Positions 39,091-51,961 of a DNA stretch of 64,000 nucleotides are shown one piece after another. The first letter of the stretch is position 1. Each line of letters begins with the position of its first letter. The translations under genes and the position numbers were made by a program. The notes under the pieces were generated by a model. The model had not been told where the DNA came from. It saw only the letters and a program-made list of their open reading frames with translations, and did not search any database. Source of the stretch: Trichosphaerium sp. ATCC 40318 (Eukaryota; Protista; Tubulinea); assembly GCA_038496445.1 (NCBI GenBank), contig JALMLS010000064.1:682001-746000 (forward strand). The letters are read 5' to 3'.

Positions 39091-39639
39091 AGTGTTTGTT
39101 TCGAATGAGATTTGGGTTTCTTAGGCACGTGTGTTAATTATCTTTGTGTATACACGCTGGCTCTTTTGTGAGCGCTCGCTATGGTGGCCACAGCTATTTC
39201 TTTTTCGTTTTTTGTGAACCAGATTTTGTTTTCTTTACACGCCTTCATGGCATTTTTTCGGGTTTCTCTGTTGGGTGTTAGCCGCTTGTTGTTCATACAA
39301 AGGGCCTGAGAACATTAATAACTGTCAAGCAAAAAACAGACACTAGTACATAATGACTTAAGACAAAGACATCTACTGGACGCTAAGCTAGAGCTGCCAG
39401 TGGTAAAAGTATTTCACACCAACCCAACATAACTAAAAATGGCTACTAACATTCATACTGATCATATTGATGCAGCTACATACGCAGCAAACATGAGCCT
39501 CACATAAGCTACATACTTTGCACAGACTTGCTTAATACACTTTCTTCCATCATAATAAGACCAAAAACATTTACGTAACAGAATAAAACTGTGAGATTGA
39601 TTTTTTTTACATTTCCGGATTCCATTTTGAATAATTATT

Positions 39640-40833
39640 TTATTCAGTTGATTTACTTATTTTACGCTTTTTCCGTGAAGAAGTTGTTTTATCCTTTTTA
39701 TCTTTAAGTTTTCGTTTTTTAGATTTTTTATCTTTTTTATCTTTTTTATCCTTCTTATCCTTCTTGTCCTTTCTTGAAGACTTTCTACGTTTCTTCTTAC
39801 CAACTGAAACTTCTGTAACAACAGTCTCTTCTACACCTGTAGTATCAACTTTTTCTTCATCACCACTCGCCTCATCATTAAAAAAAGTATGTGTATCAGT
39901 GTTTTTATACTTTGTTTTATCTTCACGATAACCTGCATAATCGTCACTGTAGTTATTATAACCAACTCTATTTCTCTCCGCTTGTGCTTTCCTGTACGCC
40001 TCTACAATCATACAAGTCAGAAAAATACAAATTAAGAACCAACAAGTCACGTGAAGGCACAAAAAAAAAGAAACTTTTTTTAGTTTCTCGACTTCAAAAA
40101 AGCACGTGTTTACAAAAAATTGACGTACTCATTTTTTCTTTAAAGTATGTCTTCATATCTACTTTACTAATATACACTGATGCTTCAATTGCACACTCTG
40201 GCTTTTTCTTTTTTGGTTCTTCGATAGGAAACCCAAAAATACCTGTTAAATCGTCTCTAGAATAATTGGCAACTGTTTTACATTCCAATACTTTAGATTG
40301 ACGGAAATGAAGACAAGATTTGTTCTTTTCTAGATCTTTGACTTCTGGTTGTGCTACTTTACTACCTTTCGACGCGTTTATACGCTTTGAAAGGTTTGCA
40401 AAGCTTGAAAGGACATTATTGTGTTCTTTGCTTATTTCAACCCACACATCTGACATAACATCGACACCGATACCTGTACGATCGTTATTAAACAGTCTAT
40501 GAGAAGTTGGGAAAAAAATGTAACGCTAGCGGAAAAGACGTGTAAATGATGTAGAAATATTTCTAAGGCGTATTGTAGCGTTTTAAAGTATTTTAAAAAT
40601 TGTTTTACCTAGATTGTCATGTTTTCTTCTATGACGCAAGGGATCGGTCCTCCCGTTCTCATTTTTACCCAAACCGCTACCATCTTTCCATCCCATGCTT
40701 TCCAGCATCTGGTAACTCCAACGATCCGTATCTTCTCTCCAAGCCTAGCATTGTAAATTGCGGGCATATTGTAGTAATAGTACATTGTTGTTGATGTCTA
40801 CATTCTTTTTAGCTCGTATTTTAAGTTCTTCAT
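39640..40833 (-). CDS. G-patch protein with Lys/Asp-rich tail (PinX1/GPATCH4-like)
   Basis: SYQMLESMGWKDGSGLGKNENGRTDPL G-patch, YSRDDLTGIFG and (KKD)n tail. Confidence 0.85.
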
Positions 40834-40964
40834 GTCGCGCTGAGCCTGAACGCATTGTTTACAGTGCTATTTATCGTAACAAGTAATTTGGGTACAAACA
40901 ACAGAAAATTCGAGAAACCTATGGAAATTCGACAGAAAATCAAAATTGTGTCAGAACGTCAACA

Positions 40965-41761
40965 ATGAACAGATTTCTACTTTTTCTTGTTGCCACATTA
41001 GCAATACAATGCTTTGCGATAAAATTGGGTGATTTAGCTACATCAATAACTCTTGATTCGGACTTTACATCTAAAGTACGCGTTGAGACAGCCAATAACT
41101 CGTACAACGTACGTCACGCGGTTTTCAGTATAAAACGAATTTAACGCTAAAACAACAACAAGGGAGTATGGTACATGGATAATACGCATCAAAGCCAGGT
41201 AGTACTACTGAATATACCTTACAGCCAACAATAAATGCTAAAATCCGTTAGTTATTGGTTATAACAGGCGGAGAAGCGACTTTAAGAGTAAAGGTGACTA
41301 TTCCAACTACATGTCAAAAGAATATCCGTTAACGTTTTCACAAAAGGATACTGAATGGACTTTCGATCCTACAGCAAAAACATGTACCAAAACTGGATCC
41401 CTTCCATCATTAGAGCCTTATGCAAGTCTTGATGTAAACTCGTACAATCTCACGCATTTAATAGTTCGGTTGGGTACCAATGGCCACAGAAACAACGCGA
41501 TGCGCATTCGGAGAAGGTGACTTCTTTGTATTGAACGCGAACAGTGTCAATAAGACTCTGTGTGCTGAAAAACCAAACAATTCGCTATTGTGGCAACCTT
41601 TGAATCTTGTTATCGCTGATGCAACGTGTTCGTACTCCTTTTTTATTTGCATGGCAAGGCTAACAAGTATACTAGCGACGGAGACAGTTATTTTCTTCTC
41701 ATACGAACGCGGAAGCCCTGGATCTGGAAATTTCACTATTCCTGCATTTTGTGAGCAATAA
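40965..41761 (+). CDS. Secreted protein, ependymin-related/LolA-like fold candidate
   Basis: Signal peptide MNRFLLFLVATLAIQCFA, WTFDPTAKTCTK and C-terminal FTIPAFC pattern. Confidence 0.55.
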
Positions 41762-42043
41762 AAACTGACATTGCACAATGACATTTGACAGACTTTGCTT
41801 TAACAGTGTTGTTTTGGCGTGAACACTTCATTGTAATTGCTTTGAGTAGCGAACGACAAGTTTCTTTTTTTTGAAATACCGCGACCAGTTTTGCAGTCCA
41901 GCAATTGTATCAAGTTCCGTTGACGTATTAACAATGTCGAGGCGTCTATCGTTTACTGGGTGCGTATATTGTCGCGGTTTGAATTTGTAATTAAATTATG
42001 CTAACGTGCGCATAGTATGGTTAAAAAGTATAATTCTCCAGCA

Positions 42044-42580
42044 ATGGCCAAGGATATGGAGAAGCTCTTTGAAAAGAAAGAATCAATTCAAGGCGAGCTA
42101 ATTCGCCTCGAATGTCAAATTTACAACCTCGAAACGCGCTACCTTGAAGGTACACTCTAAATTATCACTGTATTTGCGTTTATTAAATTATTGTAAGATA
42201 CTTCGGAAGTTGGCAACCTAGTAAAGGGCTGGGGTGACTTTTTAACTACCAGACCACCTAAATCCAAAAACAAAAAGGCAGAAGTCCCAGAGGAAGATAG
42301 AATTTTTTCTCGCAGTTCATCAACTTACGAAAAGGTGCGCTTTAGTAATACTTTATCATATAAACGCGAATGTGCGTTTAAAGCAAATTGCAATCAAAAT
42401 TATCCGTTACACCTTGTTTTTGTTAACAGTCTGTTTAGAGCGTAAAAGTAAAGCGCAGAAGAAGCTCAACAAACGTTACAACACCTACAAGAGGTAAGAG
42501 TGTTTTTGAAACATGCCAACTAGGGAAAAAACTAATTCTCTTTCCTAGAGCGTCAAAACAAGAAAAAAAGAACCAGATAG
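42044..42580 (+). CDS. EAF6: NuA4 histone acetyltransferase subunit Eaf6/MEAF6
   Basis: LECQIYNLETRYLEDTSEVGNLVKGW...EEDRIFSRSSST. Confidence 0.93.
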
Positions 42581-43077
42581 CTTTACTGTAGGCGTATTTC
42601 GTGCATCCGCATGCTAAACAACATCAAAAACAGCAGTACGCCTGACCAATGTACATTTTTTCTGTAAATAATTTCAAACCAAAAAAAAAAAAAGAACGCA
42701 AAGTTGCGCTCTACGACGATGTTTGTTGTCGCTTTATATTTCTATACACCTATACTTTCCAATCCAGTGTATACCGTTAGTTGGAAACCAAAGAAAGAAG
42801 AAAAAAAAAAACCTCGGAGCATCCACTTGCGCGTCACTTTGTCTTTTTTTTTGGTATGTAGTTGAGTGACGTCAGTTTTTCTTCGGGTTTTGGGTTGGTA
42901 AAAGGTTTGATATTTAGCGGATTATTTGTTCGCAAGAGGCCGTTGTGCACGCTTTACAACTCTTGAAATAATTCCACAGACAGCGGTTTATCATTACCTA
43001 GCGGCTGTTGCTTTGTTTGAACGCTTATTCAGGGTATACAATACAACGTAAAATAAGGGTACCAAGGCTTTAACACC

Positions 43078-46000
43078 ATGTCGCTTGGATCACGGGCAGG
43101 AACAAGGTTTAATCAGAAAGCAAATGGTCCCGGGGGACAACCAGCACGTACCGAAATTGGGCACTACGTATGTTATCTATTTTAGTACTAAAGGCTATAT
43201 CCGTGGCGTGTTTTTAGTTTTATTGTTCAGGTGTTAACTTTTTTAATGTTATAAAACAGCAATTGGGCTTCAAGATTGGTAAGGGATACTTTGGTACTGT
43301 TTTTACTGGATTGGATCAACAAACAGGGACAGAAGTAGCTATAAAACAGTATGTCTTTTGTACGTAATACCCCTTCACTGACTTATATACGTCAGGCTTG
43401 ATGTTAAGAAGATGAGAAAGGCTAATTTACATTCGTATATGGTACGTCATCTTACCGAATAAGGGCTTGTTTCTTTTTCTTTTTTTTTTTTCTTTCTTTT
43501 TACAGAAATATCACGTGCGCTAGGTGTTGTTTTTTTTTGAACTTATTTTTTCCTCGTTTAGCAAGAAATAGAGTTAATGAAGAATCTTTTACATCAAAAT
43601 ATTGTTAGATACATAGACTTTATTAAAACAAAGGATACTTATAACTTGATTATGGAGTATGTTGAGAGTGGATCCTTATTGGATCTTATAAAGTACGTAA
43701 AAAAAACTCAGATATAATTTTTACCTTCACGAATACTACTCATGTCGCCAATGAAACGACATGGATGATGCGACTACGTTTACGAATTCTACTGAATCTT
43801 TTTTTTTTGCTTGTATTGCTAAGACTGGTTGTAGGAAATATGGTGTTGTACCTGAAACACTTGCGTCTATTTATATTTCGCAAGTACTTGAAGGATTGGC
43901 GTACCTTCAAGAACAGAGTGCGTAATATTAGGGATTATTAACGTATTAACATGTGCTTGTAGAGATTATACACAGAGATATCAAATGTAGTAATATACTG
44001 ATTACAAAACAGGTACCTGTTTGTTCGTTGGATTTTTTTCTGAATAAAGGAAAAGGGTTGTTGTAAACTAGCTGATTTTGGTATGGCTGGAAGAGCTGAT
44101 TCTCAAAACACAAAGTTTACTGTACAAGGAAGTCCTTACTGGAGTGCGTGCATTGCAGCGAACAAAATTAAAACATAGCTAACGCGGAGATTTAAGTGGC
44201 GCCTGAAATCATTCAAATGGAAGGTGCTGGTTTTCCTAGCGATATTTGGTATGCTCAGCGAGCTGTCTTTTTATTATTTTAACTTCTAATTTATTATCTT
44301 TTAGGAGCGTTGGGTGTTCGTGTATAGAATTACTTACGAGCAAGCCACCGTATTTTGATCTCCAACCAATGCAAGCACTATTCAAGGTGAGTGTTTTTTT
44401 TCTCGTAATGACTTTTGCTATCCTTCAAACCACTTGAACTGTACAGGTTTAGGGTGATTAATTTATTTAATAAGGTTGTTAATTCTGAAGAAAATATGAT
44501 TCCTGAGGGTTTCACGGATAACTGTAATGATTTTTTGACAAAGTGTTTGATAAAGGCAAGTTTAAAGACTACCTAAGAATTGGTTTTCTTGTTCTAAGTT
44601 TATTTATCATTTAAATAATTATTTGTGACTTTAGGATCCAGAGAATAGAGGAGTTGCTGCAGATTTACTTCAGCATGTTTGGTTAATATCAAACCAACAA
44701 ACAGTAAATTTTATTCCAACTAACACGTTGTATTAAAGCGCCATTTTTAGGATCGCAAAATGACGATTACAGAAATGGTAAAAGATTTTGATGGCACAAA
44801 ACCTGGTAGACGTCAACAACAACATGGGTCAGAGAGGAAAAAGGCTAATATGCGTTTAACTATTGATATTACAACAACAGAGGAACAGGACAAAATGGTA
44901 CTAGTCTATCAAGAACTTCAAACACCAAACGCGAAAAAAACCTTTTTATATCTAATCTTTTTTGTTCAGGAACTAGAGAAGTTATCTGACCATTCAAACC
45001 ATGAGGCAGTACTGCAACATTTAGTAAATTATAAGAACGCACTAGATAAAGCACATTCTGTACAACAAGAAGGTGATTTAGCTGGAGAGGTTAAGAGACT
45101 AAAAGAGGAAAATATGCAATTGATACTTATGTTCCAAAAACAACTTGGAAAATGTCTTGCCGAAAAGAAAAAAGCCAGTACGTTTTGTATCTTCAAAAAC
45201 ACGTGCTTTATTAATTTTTATCACGTGATTTTACAAATATTATTGACACGTGATATTAGTTGGTTTGGCATATAGATATGATGATAAGATGCAAGAAGCT
45301 CAGCGTGAAGTGAGAGAAGGAAGTAAAGCGTTATCACATACTGAAAGAATGCTGAGAAGAACAAATCAGTTTGCTGCTGAAGTAAAAAAAACTATCGAAT
45401 TTATTTGTCTTTACGTACTCGCTCTAATATGTTTTTTAACAGGCCCAGAGGAGTGCATCTGCTAGTCGTAGGTTAACAGAATCCCTACAAAGGTATTTTG
45501 TGTCAAGATACGATAGACGTCAAGCTCCTAAAAAGTTGGCTTTGGGTACCTGCTGAAAGTGTTAATTTTTTTTAACAGTTTTTTTTAAAAAAGCACTGTA
45601 TGGAGAATTGACACATAACCGCTTATCTAAACCACCATGTTATAAAGATTCACCTATGTGGCGCTGTAAGATATCATTACTTTTTTCATGATTTGATTTT
45701 TTTCAAGGGAGTTCTTCATGGCATGATGTACCTATGCTTATTTTAAGGGATGTATTTTTATTCGCATTTTCTTCCACAAAAGATAGAAATCCATCACAAA
45801 TGTGGATGTTAAGAGAACGTGTATCTATTACTGTAATAACAGATGAGATCAAGGGTCGAGGTCACGCGTTTCAGATTACAACAGGTAGAACCCAATTTGC
45901 GAATAACTTTCGAGTTTAGTTTGTAGCGCCCCTTTTTGTTTGTCCTCAGACCCTTAGTCATTTGTTAAGGTGTTGACAACGAAGTTGTCATTGTTCTTGC

Positions 46001-46197
46001 TGCCGAATCAAAAGATGCTCGCCATAAGTGGCTAAATGGTTAGTGATCACATGTGACATGTCACGTGCCCTCAAAAACAAGAAAGTCGTATTTTAACTTT
46101 GTTCCTTTTAGAATTTAAGAAGACATCATCGCATGGTATCAAATACACAGAGCTACCTGCGATAGCAACTCCTTTTAAGAAGAGAACAAGTGTATAA
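43078..46197 (+). CDS. STE-group Ser/Thr kinase (Cdc15/SepA-like) with coiled coil and C-terminal PH domain
   Basis: IGKGYFGTV, VAIKQ, IIHRDIKCSN, KLADFG, QGSPYWMAPE and PPYFDLQPMQALF. PH-like MLILRDVFLFAF...HAFQIT...LAAESKDARHKWLN. Confidence 0.9.
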
Positions 46198-46446
46198 TGT
46201 AGTAGTGATTGAAGGTAAAAAAAAAACTGAATAAAAAAAAAGCGACTTAAAAAAGTAGACATTGTGTAGCAATGTGGTGTCCGTAGTTATATTTCTGTTC
46301 AAGAATGCATTAGATACATCAATCTCCTTGCCGTCAGTACAAGAAGTAGGCTGTAACTTAAGGAGGATGGTTAAGTTACATTGTGTTCGTTTTCACTTTA
46401 TTTCGGAATTACAGTGATAGTTTGAACTTGCCACTATTCGTGGGAG

Positions 46447-48808
46447 ATGCAGCATGTTGTAAGAAACGTTAAACGGTGAGTTTGATTTGAGACAATGACA
46501 TGTAACGCTAATATCTACTATAGTGCTCGAAACAACAACTGGAGTACTATAGGCGCTCAAATTAGCGCTATTAATAAAATTGGACATTATTTACAAGTAA
46601 AAGAGTTAGATGGATGGTATAACGCGACTGGAGAAGATATTAGTGCGCATGGAGGTAGTGGATTGATACGAGCCAAGTAAGTTAATAAACTTTCTCACCT
46701 GCCTTCTGAAACGCTCTTAGATATCGTGATTCTCTATCTGCTTGTCTTCAAACAGTATACCCGGCGCACAACTGGCAATTATGGAGGTTTACGTGAGTAT
46801 TAAGGCAAACTGTTAGTACTAACATGCAAAAAAAAAGATACACGCCAAAGCGGTTTAGTAAAGATATTAACGGCAAGCGCAAGGCCATAGATTATGTTGG
46901 TCGTGTCTTGGGTATTAAACAACTGAGTGATTGGTACACTGTGACCAATGATCGTGCAATGAAAGCTGGAGGAAGAAATATACTAGTAAGGCACGTGATC
47001 TTGTTACTTTTTTTTTACTCCAACAAGTCTTGAACTTCATCTAAGTGAAGCTCACTTCTTTTTTTAGGTATAATAGATCACTTTATGAATGCCTTCAAGA
47101 TCTACATCCAGAGTATGAGTGGGATCCTATAAAGTTTGTTAGTACACCTGGTAGTTACTGGAAAGATAGCTACAATAAACATCGTGTTTGTGATTCTATT
47201 GCAGAATCTCTTGGTGTTAAAAAGCTCGATGATTGGTATACTGTCACAACTACTCAATTTTCAACACGTGGTGGTGCTCTCCTCAATGCGTACAGCATGA
47301 TCCTAAATTCATAGCTATGCTTAACTGCTACTAGTTATGGTGACTCTATGCCAAGTTTGTTACGATCAGTTTTTCCTTCACACGAGTGGAAACCATGGCG
47401 TTTCAGGTAAGCTATCACTGCACTTGATTATTTATGTTAAACAAGTGTCATCTAGTTGTGTTACCCCTGGGTTTTGGAATAGCTTAGAGAACCAAAGACT
47501 AGCTCTTGAAGACTTTTCAGACCATCAGTACCTTGACTTAAAATGCTTGGATGACTGGTACAATGTTACAGTTACGCAGATTCACTCCTTACATGGATCA
47601 TCCATACTTAGCGCGTATGTTCCTAACGTTAAAACGAATCTAACAAACAATTCTAGGCATTCTAATTCATTGTTGATTTGCCTTCAAGCGGTCTTTCCTG
47701 AACACAAGTGGAAACCTTGGAGATTTAAGTAAGAATATTACTTAAGTTATCTTTAGCTTTGTTGAAGATTAACACTCTTAGATGCGCACCTATGGGTTTC
47801 TGGGATGATGTAAGAAATCATAAGAAAGCCTTTGAAGATGTTAGTGAAGCCTTAGATATTCATGACTTTGACATGTGGAGGAAAATGTCTCCTAATGATT
47901 TTTCTCGTACAGGTTTGAAATCATTTGTTATTCGCCATTATGGTAGTTTAACTAGTGCTCTGAATTTTTTATTCCCTCACTTCAATATTGGTTCTATGAT
48001 ATCAAAAAGAAAGACACACATGAAGTTTTTGGAGCGCGTTTCAAGGCACTTAAACATCAGAAATATGGACAGTTGGTATCGTGTATCTTATGAGCAAATG
48101 GCCGCACATGGTGGATCGAGATTTATGAAGTACTTCCCTCATATGCTTGGTGTTAAATATCCAAACTACAAATGGCAATGGAGGAAGTTTAGAATTGCTT
48201 CAAAGAAAGCAAAACAAAGGTAAACAAAATTTTGAAATAATCACTTATGAACTTTGCTGACTCCTTGTTTTCTCTTTTAGGATTATGTTGCATTGTCTTG
48301 CTGAAATATTCTATAATGATGAGATTATAGAAGAACATGTTATTGGGTTTAAGAACCTTACTGGAGAGTATATCACCGTAGATGCTTTTGTTACATCAAA
48401 GAATATAGCAGTAGAGTATCAAGGTACACTAAATTTCAAGCTTCAAGTGTTGTTAACGTTTTTACTTCAGGCGAACAGCATTATCATGATATGGTATTCC
48501 CGGAGGGTATGTGGGTGACAAGTAGGGAAGCACTAGATGCTGAAAAAATGCAGCAATGCAAAGATTCAGGTGGGTTGAGTTGTTTTTTACCACTGGCTAA
48601 ATATACCTTAGGTATTCGGTTGGTCCATGTACCTTATTGGTGGGATTGCACGGTTGGCTCTTTACGTAGTATTCTATCAAAGAGCTCTTTGGGTATCCTA
48701 GCAAAGGATAACGAACTTAATAGCGCCTCACAAAGTAATGTCTTGACCTCTTAATCATTAAGCACTTCTTTCTTACTTTTTTTTAAACAGGTCTGCATGC
48801 AAGCCTGA
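46447..48808 (+). CDS. Third Trp-rich repeat protein (~6 repeats) with intact restriction-endonuclease-like domain
   Basis: Repeats at LDGWY, LSDWY, LDDWY (x2), FDMWR and MDSWY. Then ASKKAKQR, ITVDAFVTSKNIAVEYQGEQHY, DAEKMQQC and GIRLVHVPYWWD. Start and end approximate. Confidence 0.82.
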
Positions 48809-49277
48809 TGGCACCTCATTCTCTAGCAAATGATTAAAAATAGGTTGTATCAAAAATCTTACTTGGTAAGACGGAAAGGAGGGTCAGAAAAAGCTCAGGT
48901 TGATGAGAGACTTGGATTAATAGCGAAATTCATCTGTCAATGAAAAAAAAGGCGACACAAAGACGTAGAGGAAAGCTGAACAAAAAAGCGTGGATAGCCA
49001 GAAAGTCAACACAAGCCAATAAAGTTACGACAGAGAGTATCCGTGTTTGGACATGATGAAAGACGAGTGATGTCGAACAACAGAACTTTTTACCCTTAAG
49101 GCGACCATTTAGATTGGGTGCTTGGACACCTTACACTTGACGGGTTCTCTTCGAGAGGCAATTAGAGTTCTTTAGTGATATGACGACTAGAAAAATGAAA
49201 CCAAAAAATAGTTGTGATCGTCAGCAATGTGTACGTACAACAAGAATGTATTAAAGTGAATGTGTAATACAAATTAT

Positions 49278-50676
49278 TTATGTAAGTGGTTGGGTGTTGG
49301 TGTTCTAGGTAGACCTGACTAAATCCTTTTCTCCAAGAACCATATGTTTGTTTAATATTTCAGTATTTTCTGCAAGGTTCACCTGTTCTTTACCTTGTAC
49401 AAACCTCATTGCTCGTGGTGACATCTCTTTAAATTCCTCATCACCATCCAAAACGAGAACATTTTCCATATTACGAACATTTTGATTGTAGGTACAGTAA
49501 CATGACCATAAAACATTACCAAAGTATTCTGAAATTTGTCATTAACAAAAAATAAATAAACAAAAAATAGCTATTTGTTCTGGTATATTTGTTATTGTTG
49601 TATTTTGTTTAAACCTTTAGTCTCCTAGGCTTACCTTCAGTTACTGTTGTAGTAGCCATTCGCCTCTTATGACATACATCCCTAGATACAGACAAGAAAA
49701 TCTTGTAATCAAAGAAATTACATAACGCCTCGTTTGTGAAGAGTAGAAATCCTTCAACTATAATGTATGGTCTTCTTTTCGATGCTATTGTATCTTCAAG
49801 TTTTTTTTGTAATTTTTCAAAGTCAACAGCATCGGGACACTCCTAATAAAACAGTCAGTCAAGTAAACAAACATCCTTCCTAACAAAAACCGCTTTTTTT
49901 TTTGGTGATTGGATGACATCATGGCCAACTAGTACTGAATCAAAGTAAACGTATAATACGTGATTATATTATTCACAGCGTAGTGGAGGCAGACTTGTAA
50001 TAAAAGAGATTTCGCAAAAAAACAATAAAACCTTCCTCTCAGAGAGGTCTTTTCTCACTCACCCAGTTAGATGCTTTTTCATTGAACTCATCTTTTGGAA
50101 TGACGCTCTTGTGAACAGATAAGAGAAAATAGTTGTTATAGTTTGTCTGGCTACCTTAAAGAAGTCGTCTTGAGTTATTATTTCAGCCATTAACGCGAAT
50201 GAAAGGTATTGAGCCAGTGTTGACTTCCCTGAAGGTTTAAAAAGCTCAGATTTATTATTCTTAATTATAAGAGTGCGTACCGCTTCGTGACGCTCCGGCT
50301 ATCCCAATAACAACCGGTTTCGAGTTTGTTGGTTGTATTTCAGTTGCGCTGCAACGAAATAAGTGTTAAATGCGCCTAAACGCGTACATTTTAGGCTTTT
50401 CAAACAGTTTTACAACCTCTTCGCCGTTACAATCAAAAGTTTTGCCATCTACTACAAATTCGGCTGGCGGGTCCTCCAATGAATAAGGAATGGTGATGGT
50501 ATAATTTAGAGCTTACTGTCTCGAATATTGGATCCGCTCTAAACGCTTTTTTGTAAAAAGACGTTGCTTGAGTATATTGTTTAGATTTCTCGGCAAGTAT
50601 AGCTGAACCAAGCGTTAATAAACTCTTTTTAGCCTTTAATACCTTTAAGGAAGTAACTAGCTGCTAATTCGCTCAT
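49278..50676 (-). CDS. Nicotinamide riboside kinase/uridine kinase-like P-loop kinase with short N-terminal TPR-like helix pair
   Basis: VVIGIAGASRSGKSTLA, ITQDDFFK, NWECPDAVDF and YIIVEGFLLF. N-terminal YTQATSFYKKAFRADP. Confidence 0.85.
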
Positions 50677-51332
50677 TGTAGCGCCAGAGGTAGCTATGAA
50701 AATGTTTCAGCAAACTGAGGAGTCTGATAAAATCATTGAACCGGATTTATTGATAAGAAAGATCAACGAATCCCATTTTTTAGCTCGCCTAATTATCATT
50801 ACCTACGTATCATTTTCATGCTGCATATTTTAACAAGCACCAGAATCATTTTTGGTTGATAAAGCGAATTACAAGTCTCACAGTGATGATCTCTCATGAC
50901 GAGCTTAAAATGGGTTACAGGTTAGTCTTTTTATTGAAATCCTTTACCTTCCGATTCCTATTTGGAAGATGAGTGCACTGCGAATAGCCTATGTATCCAA
51001 GCCATGTTTGCATTTACTAAACCATAAAAAGCGATCGTAGAGTAAACCTACGGCATAAACTAGAGTGTACAACCTTAAAAAAACTAGTGAATTGTTATCA
51101 AAGTTAGAGAACATATTCAAGACATCGTTCGAGGGATGTTTTGTTAGTTTGTTTCTGAGCGTAAGCCTACATAGCTACTTTACGTGTCGAAGGTGTCTTC
51201 GTCGTTAAAAACAATTGACGTGACCAACAACGAAATCATAAAAAAATCACGTGATTAAGAATATTTCTTGTAAAGTTACCATGAAAAGTAGTTTAGGTTC
51301 ATTTTTAAGAAGCGGGTGGTTTATTGGTGGTA

Positions 51333-51825
51333 TTATACTAGCGAACTTGCTTGTACACACGTAACATCACAAAGAGGTTCAAGTTTAGCAAAAGCCTAGA
51401 AAAAAAAAGTAAGAGTAAGATTCTTTGTGCACGAGGTTTGCGTACAACTTTCATGTGCGGCGATATCATATGCGCCTTCCAATGATCCATGGAAGCCCAC
51501 TCTTCAATGAGTATCAACCGGTTAGGGTTCTCGAGATCGCAATTAGGTTGATACTTGATGTATCCCTAAAATGACGTTTGAGGTAAGTATTAAACTACAA
51601 TAGTATTTGTTTTAGCTATTTAAGTGTTCTAAGAGTTGTTTAAAGCGTAAGAACGAATTAAACGATTAATTTTGCTTTCTATAGCAAGCTACTAGGATAA
51701 CACAAGCGTACAGCTTCTTTTTGGGTTGGTGGCAGACATTCTTTGAGGATTATTGATTTAACCTCCTCTACTTTACCCTCCTTACAATCAATAAGGGCAA
51801 TTAGGTTTAGAACTTTATCCGCCAT
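51333..51825 (-). CDS. Antibiotic biosynthesis monooxygenase (ABM/YgiN-like) protein
   Basis: Spliced: MADKVLNLIALIDCKEGKVEEV...PTQKEAGYIKY...LILIEEWASMDHWKAHMISPHMK. Confidence 0.88.
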
Positions 51826-51961
51826 TTGTAGGTAACAAGTTGTGTCCTTTCTGTCCGAAAAGAATTGTGAAAAAAGAACCAAAGTCACTTAAGCATAAAT
51901 ACAATGGCTTAATTTATTTAAAAAGCTTTTAAGTTTTTGTAGAACAACTGCCAGAGTTTTT

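Noticed and set aside
48850-49260. Box C-like ATGATGA and partial self-complementarity, possible snoRNA/ncRNA
   Set aside because: No properly placed D box or recognisable guide. An Rfam/Infernal search would be needed.
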